Of a stretch of 64,000 nt of DNA, positions 1 through 10,852 are shown in pieces. Origin of the DNA: an uncultured Nitrospiraceae bacterium. Lineage in GTDB: Bacteria; Nitrospirota; Nitrospiria; Nitrospirales; Nitrospiraceae. The DNA lies in contig CAWJWJ010000002.1 in the NCBI GenBank assembly GCA_963846575.1, positions 1,056,001-1,120,000 on the forward strand, written 5' to 3'. Under the pieces are notes generated by a model, which saw only the letters and a program-made list of their open reading frames with translations, was not told the origin of the DNA and did no database searches. The first letter of the stretch is position 1; the number at the start of each line of letters is the position of its first letter. Both the position numbers and the translations under genes were made by a program.

Positions 1-1091
1 AATCCTACGGCGACGGCGGCTGTAACACACTCCAGCGATTGGCTGCCATTTCCAAAGGGTTGGCCCTGCCGAATCTCGAACAACTCGGTCTGGGACACCT
101 GGGACAATTTCAGGGCATCCGTCCGATGGTGCAGCCGGATGGCTGCTTCGGCATGCTCGGATTTGCTACCCAGGGGAAGAATTCGCTGTCCGGACATTGG
201 GAATTGGCCGGCCACATGATTGAAAACGGGGAGCGGCCCTGCGAGACGTTCACGGCCGAGTTGGCGACCGCCCTGGAAGGTGCGTTGGGCCAGAAGACGC
301 TCGGCAATTGCCGGGCCGTACGCCTGGAGCCGATTGCGGAGTTCGGTGGACCGCATCACAAATCAGGTGCTCCGATCGCCTGGATCGATACGACCGGCAC
401 CATTTTTCTGGCGGCACATGAGCAGGTGATTCCCGTGGAGGAACTCTATCGCCTGGCGCGTGAAGCCAGAAGGTCGTTGAAGCAACTCGCGCCGATCGTG
501 CGTATCGTGGCCTGTCCATTTGACGGGCAGCCAGGCGCGTGGATGGCGACGCAGCGGAGGCGGGATTTTGCCGTAGAACCGCCGGGGCTTACGCTGCTCG
601 ATCATTTGAGCCGGGCCAGTCAGCTCGTGATCGGTGTGGGAAAGGTCGGCGACCTGTTCAGCGGGCGCGGAGTCACGAGGTCCGTGCCGTTGTTTCAGGC
701 GGATGCGGTCATGGATGAAGTCACGGGGATGTTCAGTAAAGTGCCCCGTGGTTTGATCTATGCCAGCCTGCCGATGATGAGCCCTGATCTCCACACCACG
801 GTCTCCACCCTGCAGCAATTCGATCGCAGGCTGCGGGATCTTCAGGCATGCCTCAAAGTCGGTGATCTCCTGATCATTACCGGCGACCATGGTTTCGATT
901 GTGCCAGGCCCGCGCCCGGCCATTCGCGAGAGTACGTCCCCTGTCTTGTGACCGGTCCACGGCTCGCGCGCGGCGTGAATATAGGCGTCCGGCCGACCGC
1001 CGCGGACCTCGGCCAGACGATCGGTGAAGCTCTCGGGGCGACGAGACTGCCCTGGGGCGACAGTTTTCTCGACGCGCTTCGTCCCCGCTAA
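1..1091 (+). CDS. deoB: Phosphopentomutase-like protein (alkaline phosphatase superfamily), 5' end outside window; several catalytic motifs diverged
   Basis: The frame is open from position 3 (SYGDGGCNTL..). Motifs LPNLEQLGLG, GKNSLSGHWE, GVGKVGDLFSGRG, ITGDHG and HSREYVP are typical of DeoB. Confidence 0.75.
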   Translation, partial: SYGDGGCNTLQRLAAISKGLALPNLEQLGLGHLGQFQGIRPMVQPDGCFGMLGFATQGKNSLSGHWELAGHMIENGERPCETFTAELATALEGALGQKTLGNCRAVRLEPIAEFGGPHHKSGAPIAWIDTTGTIFLAAHEQVIPVEELYRLAREARRSLKQLAPIVRIVACPFDGQPGAWMATQRRRDFAVEPPGLTLLDHLSRASQLVIGVGKVGDLFSGRGVTRSVPLFQADAVMDEVTGMFSKVPRGLIYASLPMMSPDLHTTVSTLQQFDRRLRDLQACLKVGDLLIITGDHGFDCARPAPGHSREYVPCLVTGPRLARGVNIGVRPTAADLGQTIGEALGATRLPWGDSFLDALRPR

Positions 1092-1112
1092 TATGCGCTT
1101 GAAAGGATTCCT

Positions 1113-1577
1113 TTGTCGGTAGAGGCCACCTTGAAAGCTCTCGGGATCGAACTGCCGGCTGTTCCGAAGCCGGTGGCGAGTTACGTGCCGGCGGTCCTCG
1201 CCGGTGACTTGCTTTACCTCAGCGGTATGTTGCCGTTTCGCGATGGGCAGGTGGTCGTCACGGGAAAGCTCGGTGCCGGTGTCACGGTGGAACGGGGAGC
1301 GGAGGCCGCCCGATTGGCGCTCCTCAATGCCCTGGCCGTCGTGAAGCACGAATTGGGTTCATTGGATCGCGTGCAACGTATCGTGCGTGTGGTGGGTCAC
1401 GTCGCGTCGGCCGCAGGATTTGTGCAGCAGCCCGCGGTGATCAATGGAGCATCGGATCTGCTCGTGCAGATCTTCGGCGAGAGTGGTCGGCATGCGAGAG
1501 TGGCGCTCGGTGCTGCGGAGTTACCGCTGCAAGCCGCGATCGAGCTTGAATTGCTGGTCCAGGTCAAAGCGCATTGA
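1113..1577 (+). CDS. RidA/YjgF/UK114 family protein
   Basis: PKPVASYVPAV, LYLSGMLP, GRHARVALG and IELE motifs. Confidence 0.9.
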   Translation: MSVEATLKALGIELPAVPKPVASYVPAVLAGDLLYLSGMLPFRDGQVVVTGKLGAGVTVERGAEAARLALLNALAVVKHELGSLDRVQRIVRVVGHVASAAGFVQQPAVINGASDLLVQIFGESGRHARVALGAAELPLQAAIELELLVQVKAH

Positions 1578-1619
1578 CACGTTCTTGTTCACCGTTCGGT
1601 TTCCCGTGCACCACTTGCC

Positions 1620-1649
1620 TTGACATCAAAAAAATCCGCTTGTTATAGT
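1620..1649 (+). promoter_or_regulatory. sigma70-type promoter upstream of the IPT gene
   Basis: TTGACA (1620-1625), 18-nt spacer, TGn-TATAGT (1644-1649). Confidence 0.6.
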
Positions 1650-1816
1650 TCCACTGCTCGGAAATTGACGTCGCACCCCCCATCCGGCCTTTCTGCCTCA
1701 GTTGCGTGGGGTTTCTGTGCCACGTGCGGGGCGCTTGTCTACCTTGCACTCACGTAAGCCGACCCAGGCCATCAGGCCTGGCATACTCGTTGGTTCTTGT
1801 TAGGGAGTACCATCCC

Positions 1817-3493
1817 ATGAAATCCATCGCAGGTTTGATCATCGGAGCCACGCTTCTCGCGGGACCCTTTCTTTCCAACATTGCCCAGGCCGAGGCGCCG
1901 GCGCTTCATCCTCAGGCTGCCGTGCCTGGCGCGACACTTTCAATCACCGGAAAGGGCTTCGGTCCGTTTAAGTCAACGCGTTACAATCAGGTGTTTTTCC
2001 AGGGGGCGCCGGCGCTGATCCAACGCTGGGATCCTGATCTGATCGAAGTGCGCGTGCCGTCCCAGGCTACCAACGGCCCTGTGGAGGTCGTGATCGGGAA
2101 AAAGCATGTGACAACCGGACCCTTCACCCGCCTACAACCGACGATTCACTCATTGACGCCGGCGGAAGCCGAACCGGGAGCGATTCTGGAAATCAGCGGC
2201 GAACATTTTGGCAATACGGCAGGCCCTCGCGACCCCAATACGATTTTCGGCGTCAATAGCGTGGTGGTCGGCGACGTGACCGTGCGCGTGCGCAAATGGC
2301 GAGACGACAAGATCGAGGTCGAACTCCCGGCCAATGTTCAGACCGGGGAAGTGATGGTTCGTATGGCATCATCTGATCCGCTTGCCGATGGATCCTGTTG
2401 CGCGCCGGTTCAGCAGGTGGTCAGCAATTCGATGCCGGTCAAGGTTCTTGCCTCCGTCCGTGTGGATCCTGTCAGTGGTCCTGTGGGAACCAAGGTGGTC
2501 ATCTTCGGGAAGGGATTTGGCGCGACCAGGAATCCTGAGGATGGGGTTATGTTCGGCGGTCGCCTGGCGACGGTTTCCCAGTGGAAGGATACTGCCATAG
2601 TGGTCCACGTGCCGTTGGATGCGGAGAGCGGTCCAGTCGTGATTAAACGGAATGGCGAGGAGCGGACGGTGGGAACCTACACAGTGCAGACCCCTGTGGC
2701 GACCGGCATCACCCCGGCGGAGGCTCCGATCGGAACCTTGATGAAGATTACCGGCGAGAATTTCGGTTTTTATTCGGAGGCCGGATCGACCCCTTATAAT
2801 TTTCTGGACTTTTCATTGAGTGAAAATACGGTAGAGATCGGTGGCGTGCCGGCCATTGTGTATCGGTGGGGTCATGACCGGATCGACGTCTGGGTACCCT
2901 ACAGCGTGAAAAGTGGACCGGTGGTCGTGAAGCGTGCCGCTAACAAGCCTAAACCTGACGGCACCTGCTGCGCGGAAAAACAGGTGCTTGAGACGGAAGT
3001 GGGCAACTTTACTTTAGTCACTCCCAAGGTCGACTCGTATAGCCCGACAACGGGTGGGCTGGATGACGTCGTCACCATCAAGGGAAGCGGCTTCGGAAAG
3101 TTTCTCAAGACCGCAGAGCCCAGTAAGCTCATCACTGATAGTGTCTACGCGCGGAAGGCTCCGGAGTTGGGCGAAAACGTCTCGCGCACCGAAGTGTTGT
3201 TCAACGGGGTGGGAGCGATTGTGCTCTCATGGACGGATGATGAGATTAAGGTCCGCATCCCGCACCGTAATGTCTACGGGATCGGCAAGCCTGGTGAATT
3301 CAACCCTGATCTTTCTTCCGGGCCTTTGGTGGTCCGTCGAGGGTCGTGGGACCTTCTTCCGGATGGATCCTGCTGTACTCCGAAAAAATGGATCACTCTG
3401 GAGGCGGGGCCGTTTAAGATCCAATCAGTCGGCCTGCCTGATGCGAGTTACTGGCGCAATCCGAAAACTGAAAACACTGACCATCAACAATGA
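1817..3493 (+). CDS. Secreted protein with five IPT/TIG (Ig-like) repeats
   Basis: AGGGAG RBS before ATG 1817; signal peptide ending AQA; repeated P..G..ITG..FG / W.D..I.V.VP / GPV.V units. Confidence 0.85.
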   Translation: MKSIAGLIIGATLLAGPFLSNIAQAEAPALHPQAAVPGATLSITGKGFGPFKSTRYNQVFFQGAPALIQRWDPDLIEVRVPSQATNGPVEVVIGKKHVTTGPFTRLQPTIHSLTPAEAEPGAILEISGEHFGNTAGPRDPNTIFGVNSVVVGDVTVRVRKWRDDKIEVELPANVQTGEVMVRMASSDPLADGSCCAPVQQVVSNSMPVKVLASVRVDPVSGPVGTKVVIFGKGFGATRNPEDGVMFGGRLATVSQWKDTAIVVHVPLDAESGPVVIKRNGEERTVGTYTVQTPVATGITPAEAPIGTLMKITGENFGFYSEAGSTPYNFLDFSLSENTVEIGGVPAIVYRWGHDRIDVWVPYSVKSGPVVVKRAANKPKPDGTCCAEKQVLETEVGNFTLVTPKVDSYSPTTGGLDDVVTIKGSGFGKFLKTAEPSKLITDSVYARKAPELGENVSRTEVLFNGVGAIVLSWTDDEIKVRIPHRNVYGIGKPGEFNPDLSSGPLVVRRGSWDLLPDGSCCTPKKWITLEAGPFKIQSVGLPDASYWRNPKTENTDHQQ

Positions 3494-4473
3494 GGCGACG
3501 AATTGTGCCTACCATGTCGCTTGTAGTCTGTCTGTTGGCCGCATTATCCCTCGGTAGCGCGGCAGAGGCTGCATCTCCGGATGCGCAGATCGCGGTGGCC
3601 CTGCAAAAAAGTGGCTCTGAAGCGACGCTCCTGGGGATGTTCTTTCATGATCCTCAACTCGGGTGGGCCGTCGGGTCCGGTGGCACCATTCTCAAGACGA
3701 CCGATGGCGGCCGCAAATGGAAGAAAGTGTCCAGCGGCACGACGGCGTTGTTGACGGCTATCCATTTCCGAGACGCCCGCCGGGGCTGGGTGGTGGGTGC
3801 CAACGGCACGGTGCGTCTGAGTCAGGATGGTGGAGAGACCTGGAGTCCGCTCGTAGTATTTACTCAGGCACCTCTGTACGCGATCACCTTTATCTCTCCC
3901 CTTAAAGGCTGGATGGTCGGCGGAAACGGCACCATTCTCCAGACGACGGATGGCGGAGAAAACTGGGTGGATCAGACCAGTGGGACAAATGCGGCATTAC
4001 ACGCGATCGCATTGACCGACGAGCAGCATGGGGCCATCGTGGGTGCGTTGGGCACGATCCTCAGCACCTCGGATGGCGGGGTGACATGGTTGCCGCAAGT
4101 CAGTCAGAGTTCCGCGACGTTTTTCGACGTGGCCTTTGCAGATAATTCAAACGGCTGGGCGGTGGGGAATGCCGGAGCGTTGTTTCAAACCACCGACGGG
4201 GGAACTCATTGGATTGATCGCACTTTGCCATGCGGCAGGACCTGCAGCCGCCTCACAGACCTGATTCGCGTGCGGTTCACCGATGCGCAGCAGGGCTGGA
4301 TTGTAGGAGAGCATGGCCAGATTCTGAGAACGAGCGATGCCGGATATAACTGGGTCGAAGAAACCAGTCCGGTCAAACGTTCCCTCATGGCCTTGAGTTT
4401 CCCCCGCACGACCGCCGGATGGGCGGCCGGAGAGGGAGGAACTATCATCTCGATCAGCGCGAATCGACGTTAA
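3490..4473 (+). CDS. YCF48-like / BNR-repeat beta-propeller, secreted
   Basis: Repeated GW.VG..GTIL.T.DGG..W; signal peptide; ATGA overlap with the upstream gene. Confidence 0.88.
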   Translation: MRRRIVPTMSLVVCLLAALSLGSAAEAASPDAQIAVALQKSGSEATLLGMFFHDPQLGWAVGSGGTILKTTDGGRKWKKVSSGTTALLTAIHFRDARRGWVVGANGTVRLSQDGGETWSPLVVFTQAPLYAITFISPLKGWMVGGNGTILQTTDGGENWVDQTSGTNAALHAIALTDEQHGAIVGALGTILSTSDGGVTWLPQVSQSSATFFDVAFADNSNGWAVGNAGALFQTTDGGTHWIDRTLPCGRTCSRLTDLIRVRFTDAQQGWIVGEHGQILRTSDAGYNWVEETSPVKRSLMALSFPRTTAGWAAGEGGTIISISANRR

Positions 4474-4496
4474 CGAGTCTGATTCACCCCCGCCTC

Positions 4497-5234
4497 TTAT
4501 CCTAAGCGCCCCAAGCGACTCTGCACGATGCTGAGCGCGGTCACGGCAGCGGTATCCGCACGCAGGATGTGCGGGCCGAGGCTTGCCGCCTGATAGCTCT
4601 TCGCGAAAGCGAGTGCGAGTTCATCCTCCGACCACCCGCCCTCAGGGCCGATCACCAGCGCCAGACTGTCGGAGTGAAGCGAAGGCAGAGGTAGAGTGGC
4701 TAATGCCATGCTTTCCCTGCGTTCGGCGAGAATGATCGAATGGGTAGTGCCCCCCAGCGTAAAAAACCGTTTCGAGTCTAGGGGTTCCAGCACCTGAGGA
4801 GATTGCCACTGTTCGGATTGCTGCGCGGCCTCCGTCGCGATGCGCTGCCAGCGCGAGACCTGCGTCGCAATACGTCCTGGTTGGGGCCGCACGACTCCAT
4901 GCTGAGCGATGAGTGGCAGGATGGTCCGGACGCCCAATTCACTCGCCTTCTGTACGACCCAATCCATGTGATCGCCTTTGAGCAGGGCCTGGGCGAGCAG
5001 CAGCGTCGGACCCTGGTCAATCGGGCCGTCGCGACGGTCGAGTATGCGAGCGGTCATCCGCTGCTGTGTGACTTCTGTCACGTCCACCCGGTACCGTCGC
5101 CGATGTTCGTCCGTGAGCCACAAGCCTTCTCCCGGTTGAACCCGGAGGCTGGCGCGCAAGTGGTGGCAAAGATCCCCGGTGAGTGTGATCTCGGTGCCGT
5201 GAATGGCGGATGAAGAAATGAAAAATGCCGGCAT
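4497..5234 (-). CDS. rsmE: 16S rRNA m3U1498 methyltransferase
   Basis: QKASELGV, EAAQQSEQ, IGPEGGW and LGPHILRADTA motifs; lies downstream of dnaJ. Confidence 0.95.
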   Translation of the reverse strand: MPAFFISSSAIHGTEITLTGDLCHHLRASLRVQPGEGLWLTDEHRRRYRVDVTEVTQQRMTARILDRRDGPIDQGPTLLLAQALLKGDHMDWVVQKASELGVRTILPLIAQHGVVRPQPGRIATQVSRWQRIATEAAQQSEQWQSPQVLEPLDSKRFFTLGGTTHSIILAERRESMALATLPLPSLHSDSLALVIGPEGGWSEDELALAFAKSYQAASLGPHILRADTAAVTALSIVQSRLGRLG

Positions 5235-5272
5235 GGTGGTCGGCGAAATGAGGCGGGGGTGATAGGGTCGGT

Positions 5273-6385
5273 CTATTCGAAGAACGTTTTCATCTTGTCC
5301 AGAAATCCTTCGCCCTCAGTGTCTTTGGTATAACCACTTTCTTTCGCGAAATCTTCGATTAGCTCTTTTTGCCGCGCACTGAGCTTCGTGGGAATTTCGA
5401 TCTTCACGTTGAACAGTTGGTCTCCGGTAGACCCACCTTTGAGGCTGGGAAATCCCAGTCCCTTGAGCCGAAGGACTTTGTCCGGCTGGGTGCCGGCGGG
5501 AATTTTCATGAAGGTATTACCCTTCAGAGTCGGCACTTCCACCCGCCCACCAAGAATGGCGGTCACGAGATTGACCGGCAGATCACAGGCGATATCCTGA
5601 CCCTCGCGGCGAAAGAGGGGATGTGGTTTCACCGTGACGGCGACATATAGGTCCCCCTGCGGTCCACCCTGCATTCCGTGCTCACCCTCATTGGCCAGGC
5701 GCAATCTCATGCCTGACTCGATGCCTCCCGGAATTTGCACGGAGAGCATGCGCTCTTTACGGAGGCGTTGGCGACCGCCGCAGACCTGACAGGGTTCCGT
5801 AATGATTTGGCCCACGCCCTCGCATTGACCGCAGGGCCGGCTGACGCTGAAAAAGCCCTGTTGAAAGCGTAACTGCCCTTGGCCTTTACAGGCCGGGCAC
5901 ATCTTAATCGCGGTGGCCGACTTCGCGCCCGTGCCTTTACAGTCGGAACAGGTTTCCCATCGCGGAATCTTGAGTTTGGCTTCCTTGCCGAACACGGATT
6001 CTTCGAAGGTAAGCTCGAGGTTGTACTGCAGGTCATTGCCGCGTTCGGCCCGTGCCCGTCCGCGAGGCTGGCCGAAGAAATCCTCGAAAATATCGTTGAA
6101 GATGTCGCCGAAGCCACCCTGGCTACCAAAATCAAAACCCTCCGCTCCTTGCGGACCACCCGCGTGGCCGAAGGCATCATACCGGCGACGCTTCTCCTGG
6201 TCGCTGATAACCTCATACGCCTCGTTGATTTCCTTGAACTTTTCCTCGGCTGTTTTCTTATGTTCAGGGGAAGCGTGGAGATCTGGATGGTGCTGGCGGG
6301 CGAGTTTACGGAATGCCTTCTTAATTTCCTCGTCGGAGGCGGTCCGTTCAATGCCGAGAGTTTCGTAGTAGTCGCGCTTAGCCAC
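5273..6385 (-). CDS. dnaJ: Chaperone DnaJ (alternative start 6415)
   Basis: J-domain with HPD, G/F region, four CxxCxG repeats. Confidence 0.97.
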   Translation of the reverse strand: MAKRDYYETLGIERTASDEEIKKAFRKLARQHHPDLHASPEHKKTAEEKFKEINEAYEVISDQEKRRRYDAFGHAGGPQGAEGFDFGSQGGFGDIFNDIFEDFFGQPRGRARAERGNDLQYNLELTFEESVFGKEAKLKIPRWETCSDCKGTGAKSATAIKMCPACKGQGQLRFQQGFFSVSRPCGQCEGVGQIITEPCQVCGGRQRLRKERMLSVQIPGGIESGMRLRLANEGEHGMQGGPQGDLYVAVTVKPHPLFRREGQDIACDLPVNLVTAILGGRVEVPTLKGNTFMKIPAGTQPDKVLRLKGLGFPSLKGGSTGDQLFNVKIEIPTKLSARQKELIEDFAKESGYTKDTEGEGFLDKMKTFFE

Positions 6386-6468
6386 GGGAGATATATCCGG
6401 TCTATTGTGCGACACGACCGGGTCTCACAGTTACGTGAAACCCGGTCGCCTGCACAATTACGAGAAGG

Positions 6469-8397
6469 TTACTTCTTATCCTTATCCACTTCTTCGAATT
6501 CCGCATCCACGACTTTTTCATCGGTCTTGGCCTGCGAACCATCGCCGTCTCCGGCAGAAGCGGTCGCATCCGGCCCGGCACCGGCTGAGGCGGAGGCTTT
6601 CTTATACATCTCTTCGGCCAACTTGTGAGAAGCCGCCGTCAAGGTTTGTGTCGCCGTCTCGATTGTACCCGGATCATCGCCTTCCATCGCCTTACGCAAA
6701 CCGGCGATCGCTTCGGTGATCTTGGTTTTATCGTCCTCAGTGATCTTATCGCCGTGCTCGCTCAGGTTTTTCTCGGTCGTATAGAGCAACGAGTCAGCCT
6801 GGTTGCGGGCCTCGGCCACACGACGTCGTTTCTTGTCATCCTCCGTGTGGGACTGGGCGTCCTTGACCAGCTTATCCACTTCTTCCTTGCTGAGGCCGCT
6901 GGAGGCCGTGATTTTAATCGACTGTTCCTTCTGCGTGGCCAGGTCTTTCGCCGCGACATGGACGATACCATTGGCGTCGATGTCGAAGGAGACTTCCACC
7001 TGAGGCATCCCGCGCGGGGCCGGTGGAATGCCGACGAGATCGAATTGTCCCAGCAACTTATTGTCATTGGCCATTTCCCGTTCGCCCTGGAAAACCCGGA
7101 TGGTCACGGCCGTCTGATTATCGGCGGCGGTTGAGAACACCTGGCTCTTCTTGGTGGGGATCGTGGTATTCCGCTCGATCAGCTTGGTGAAGACACCGCC
7201 GAGTGTTTCGATGCCGAGGGACAGCGGCGTGACGTCCAACAGCAGGACATCTTTCACTTCACCCTTCAGTACGCCGCCCTGCACGCCTGCTCCAATGGCG
7301 ACTACTTCGTCAGGGTTCACACCGCGATGCGGTTCTCTGCCGAAAAAGTCCTTCACGACCTGGATGACTTTCGGCATCCGCGTCATACCGCCGACCAGGA
7401 CCACCTCTTGAATGTCCTTGGCGGTCACGCCCGCATCGGCCAGCGCCTTGCGGCAGGGCTCGATTGTGCGCTGAATCAAATCGTCGACGAGTTGCTCCAG
7501 TTTGGCGCGGGTCAACTTGAGCACCATATGTTTGGGACCGCTGGCATCCGCTGTGATGAAAGGCAGATTGATTTCGCTTTCCTGTGAAGAAGAGAGCTCA
7601 ATCTTGGCTCGCTCGGCTGCCTCCTTGAGGCGCTGTAGCGCCATGCGGTCCTTCCGCAAGTCGATTCCCTGATCTTTCTTGAATTCTTCGACCAGCCAAT
7701 CCATCACGCGCTGATCGAAGTCATCGCCGCCGAGATAGGTGTCGCCATTGGTGGACTTCACCTCAAACACACCCTCACCGATCTCGAGAACGGAGACGTC
7801 GAAGGTACCGCCGCCAAGGTCATAGACGGCAATGCGCTCGTCTTTTTTCTTATCGAGTCCGTAGGCGAGGGAGGCTGCCGTCGGTTCGTTGATGATGCGA
7901 AGCACGTTCAAACCGGCAATCTGTCCCGCGTCTTTCGTCGCTTGGCGTTGGCTGTCGTCGAAGTAGGCGGGGACGGTGACTACGGCTTCGGTGACCTTTT
8001 CGCCGAGGTAATCTTCGGCCGTCTGCCGCATCTTCTGCAGAATCATGGCGGACACTTCCGGCGGGCTGTAGCGTTTCCCCCGCAGTTCCACGTGCGCGTC
8101 GCCGTTGTCCGCTTCCACCACTTTGTACGGGAGCCGTTTCATGGCTTCCTGCACCTGAGGGCTCCGGAATTTTCGTCCCATGAGCCGCTTGACGGAGAAA
8201 ATGGTGTTATCGGGATTGGTAATGGCTTGCCGCTTGGCAATTTGCCCTACCAGGCGCTCGTTCTTATCGGTAATGCCGACCACGGATGGGGTGGTTCGGC
8301 TACCTTCCGCGTTGGCGATGACGACCGGGTCTCCACCGCTCATAATGGCGACGCAGGAGTTCGTCGTACCGAGGTCGATTCCAATAACTTTGCCCAT
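6469..8397 (-). CDS. dnaK: Chaperone DnaK (Hsp70)
   Basis: [17 protein letters not shown] and DLGGGTFD motifs; C-terminal DAEFEEV. Confidence 0.99.
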   Translation of the reverse strand: MGKVIGIDLGTTNSCVAIMSGGDPVVIANAEGSRTTPSVVGITDKNERLVGQIAKRQAITNPDNTIFSVKRLMGRKFRSPQVQEAMKRLPYKVVEADNGDAHVELRGKRYSPPEVSAMILQKMRQTAEDYLGEKVTEAVVTVPAYFDDSQRQATKDAGQIAGLNVLRIINEPTAASLAYGLDKKKDERIAVYDLGGGTFDVSVLEIGEGVFEVKSTNGDTYLGGDDFDQRVMDWLVEEFKKDQGIDLRKDRMALQRLKEAAERAKIELSSSQESEINLPFITADASGPKHMVLKLTRAKLEQLVDDLIQRTIEPCRKALADAGVTAKDIQEVVLVGGMTRMPKVIQVVKDFFGREPHRGVNPDEVVAIGAGVQGGVLKGEVKDVLLLDVTPLSLGIETLGGVFTKLIERNTTIPTKKSQVFSTAADNQTAVTIRVFQGEREMANDNKLLGQFDLVGIPPAPRGMPQVEVSFDIDANGIVHVAAKDLATQKEQSIKITASSGLSKEEVDKLVKDAQSHTEDDKKRRRVAEARNQADSLLYTTEKNLSEHGDKITEDDKTKITEAIAGLRKAMEGDDPGTIETATQTLTAASHKLAEEMYKKASASAGAGPDATASAGDGDGSQAKTDEKVVDAEFEEVDKDKK

Positions 8398-8483
8398 GGG
8401 GTGACTCCTTCGCAAAAGATATCAATATGTGAACGTGTCAGCTGTGTTTGTGACCCTCGTCGGGCATGCGTGCCGCTGGATCG

Positions 8484-9041
8484 CTAGTTTGGCGCTCCCG
8501 TTGAAACGGTCACCATCGCGGCCCTGAGGATGCGATCTTGAAGGAGATAACCTTTTTGATACTCCTCCACGACATGGTTCTCCGGGACGGTATCCGACGG
8601 AACCTGGGCGACCGCCTGCTGGGTAGCGGGATTGAAAACCTGGCCGACACTCTCGACTGCTGTGACGCCGAATTTGTTGAGCGCGCCCACTAGTTGTTTG
8701 AGCGTCAACTCTACGCCTTGTGTTAGCGCCTCCACGGCCCCGGTTCCTTTGGACGACTTAATGGCGCGCTCAAGGTTATCCACCACCGGCAGGAGTTCCT
8801 TGAGAATCTGTTCATTGCCGAATTTGATCTGATCGCGTTGGTCCCGCTGGGCCAGCCGTTTATAGTTGTCGAATTCGGCCGCGAGCCGCAAATATTTCTC
8901 ATTCAGAGACTTACACTCCTCGGCTTTTGCATCGAGCGAGTGCTGGAGTTCGACGGTCTCCAAAGTGGATTCTTCCACCGGACCGTCGAAACTTCCTTCT
9001 AAGTTATCGATACTGTGTGTCTTATTGTCGTCTTCGGCCAT
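8484..9041 (-). CDS. grpE: Nucleotide exchange factor GrpE
   Basis: YLRLAAEFDNYKR, LLPVVDNLERA and QKGYLL..RILRAAMV motifs. Confidence 0.97.
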   Translation of the reverse strand: MAEDDNKTHSIDNLEGSFDGPVEESTLETVELQHSLDAKAEECKSLNEKYLRLAAEFDNYKRLAQRDQRDQIKFGNEQILKELLPVVDNLERAIKSSKGTGAVEALTQGVELTLKQLVGALNKFGVTAVESVGQVFNPATQQAVAQVPSDTVPENHVVEEYQKGYLLQDRILRAAMVTVSTGAPN

Positions 9042-9168
9042 AGTTCACCTACACTGGGGAGTGAGATAGCCACGTAGGAAACGAAGTCAACCGGGAAGGT
9101 GAAGAATTCATCGTTTTTTCCGATCGGTATAAGGGATCAGGAGGGGACGGGCGAGGAAGGATGATCAC

Positions 9169-9939
9169 CTAGGTCAGGCGGTGACGCCGGTACAACAGCT
9201 CCAATCCTTCCAAAGTGAGGAATGGACGGACTTCGCGAATGGATTCCGTTTCCTGAGCAATGATCGAGGCGAGCCCGCCGGTCGCGATGACGGTGGTGGA
9301 ATGTCCCAACTCCCGTTCCATGCGACGGACGATCCCGTCCACCAGGCCCACATATCCGAAGAGAAGGCCGCTCTGGATCCCTCCAATGGTATCGGTGCCG
9401 ATAACGGTTTTGGGTCGGATGATCTCCACCTTGGGCAGCTTGGCGGTTCGGGAAAAGAGTGCGTCGGCTGAGATACCGAGGCCTGGTGCGATGACCCCGC
9501 CGAGATATTCGGCGGATCTCGTGACGGCGCAAAAGGTCGTGGCGGTTCCGAAGTCGACGATGATCAGGTCACACTGATAACGCGCATAGGCTGCGGCGGC
9601 ATTGACGATGCGATCACTCCCGATTTCTTTGGGATTGGCGTACCGCATGATCAGCCCGGAGTCGATATCGGGGCCCACCGTGACCGGAATGTGATGAAAG
9701 TAGGTCTGTACCATGCATTCGAACGTGGCGGTCAGCGCGGGTACGACGCTGGATAGAATGCAGCCGGTGATCTGAGCCGGGACGAACCCGGCGTTCTGAA
9801 GCAAGTTCAACAGCAGAATGCCGTACTCATTGTCGGTTCGCCGTGATTCGGTGGCCAACCGCCAGTGACCGCGCAAGGTGGAACCTTCAAACAGGCCCCA
9901 GACCACATTGGTATTGCCGATGTCGATTGCCAATAGCAT
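9169..9939 (-). CDS. coaX: Type III pantothenate kinase
   Basis: AIDIGNTN, IGSDR, IVDFGTATT, GGVIAPG and ATGG motifs. Confidence 0.96.
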   Translation of the reverse strand: MLLAIDIGNTNVVWGLFEGSTLRGHWRLATESRRTDNEYGILLLNLLQNAGFVPAQITGCILSSVVPALTATFECMVQTYFHHIPVTVGPDIDSGLIMRYANPKEIGSDRIVNAAAAYARYQCDLIIVDFGTATTFCAVTRSAEYLGGVIAPGLGISADALFSRTAKLPKVEIIRPKTVIGTDTIGGIQSGLLFGYVGLVDGIVRRMERELGHSTTVIATGGLASIIAQETESIREVRPFLTLEGLELLYRRHRLT

Positions 9940-9973
9940 AGGTTTTTACTCTAGCGCAGTCGGGTGGGAAAAT

Positions 9974-10852
9974 TCATCCTCGCAGGTGTACGACCTCCGC
10001 GCTTCTGACTTCCAGAATCGAATCCGGTGAAGTGGAAGCGTCGCCTGACCGCACTCGAAGGCAGAGGCATCCATCCCGGCCGATTGATTCAGCGACCCCT
10101 TGCACGACGCCTTGCTCCTCTACTGTCACCCGCACGGTTTGGCCGAGCGTAGAGCAGCGTGCCGCGAATTCCTCCGTCATTTCCTGCGGGCCGTCGAGAA
10201 CGAGGCGATCCATGCGCTGTTCAAGCCGTAACAAGAGGTCGGCCAGTATCGTCACACGATCGAATAGCCGTCCCTGGTCTGCGGCCAGCGAAGTGGCCCC
10301 GACCCTGAGTGCTTCCGGAAACGTTTCGACATCGGCGTTGATGTTCAAGCCGATTCCGATCACGACGGCCATGACCTTGTCCGGCGTGGATGTCTGTTCG
10401 CAGAGAATGCCGCCGATCTTTTTCTCGCCGATCAGGAGATCGTTCGGCCATTTCACGGAGACGGCCGTGCCCGCATGATGCGAGAGGCAATCGGCCGCCG
10501 CGAGGGCTGAGAACAGTGGAATCCAGGATAGCCAGGAGCCCGGGCGCGTGGATCCCGGTTCCGGCACCATGATTACGGAGCAATAGATGTTGTCCTGGAC
10601 CGGAGAGTGCCATCCACGCCCCCGTCGTCCACGGCCCGCCGTCTGACTGTCGGCGAGTATCGTCAGGCCATGAAGCGCCGATGGCCCGATGTGTTGTTGC
10701 AGACATGCCAGCGCGTCGGCATTGGTCGACCCCGTCGAGGGGGTATATCGCAAGAGCCTTCCGAAGGCGCGCGTCCGCAAGGCGGCTTGAAGCCGATCGA
10801 GTTCCCACCGATGACCGGATGACGCCTGCGGACCGTTAGGGGATTCGCCCAA
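9974..10852 (-). CDS. birA: Biotin-[acetyl-CoA carboxylase] ligase (no N-terminal HTH); start uncertain
   Basis: GSTN, QTAGRGRRGR, KWPND, KIGGIL and GIGLN motifs. Confidence 0.93.
   Translation of the reverse strand: MGESPNGPQASSGHRWELDRLQAALRTRAFGRLLRYTPSTGSTNADALACLQQHIGPSALHGLTILADSQTAGRGRRGRGWHSPVQDNIYCSVIMVPEPGSTRPGSWLSWIPLFSALAAADCLSHHAGTAVSVKWPNDLLIGEKKIGGILCEQTSTPDKVMAVVIGIGLNINADVETFPEALRVGATSLAADQGRLFDRVTILADLLLRLEQRMDRLVLDGPQEMTEEFAARCSTLGQTVRVTVEEQGVVQGVAESIGRDGCLCLRVRSGDASTSPDSILEVRSAEVVHLRG

Noticed and set aside
1779..1795. sigma54-like TGGCAT-N5-TTGG upstream of the IPT gene
   Set aside because: Non-consensus -12 element, and the implied start site would cut into the RBS
9042..9168. 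Possible CIRCE element or hrcA upstream of grpE-dnaK-dnaJ
   Set aside because: No TTAGCACTC-N9-GAGTGCTAA and no hrcA ORF; only a weak TTGACT promoter-like element
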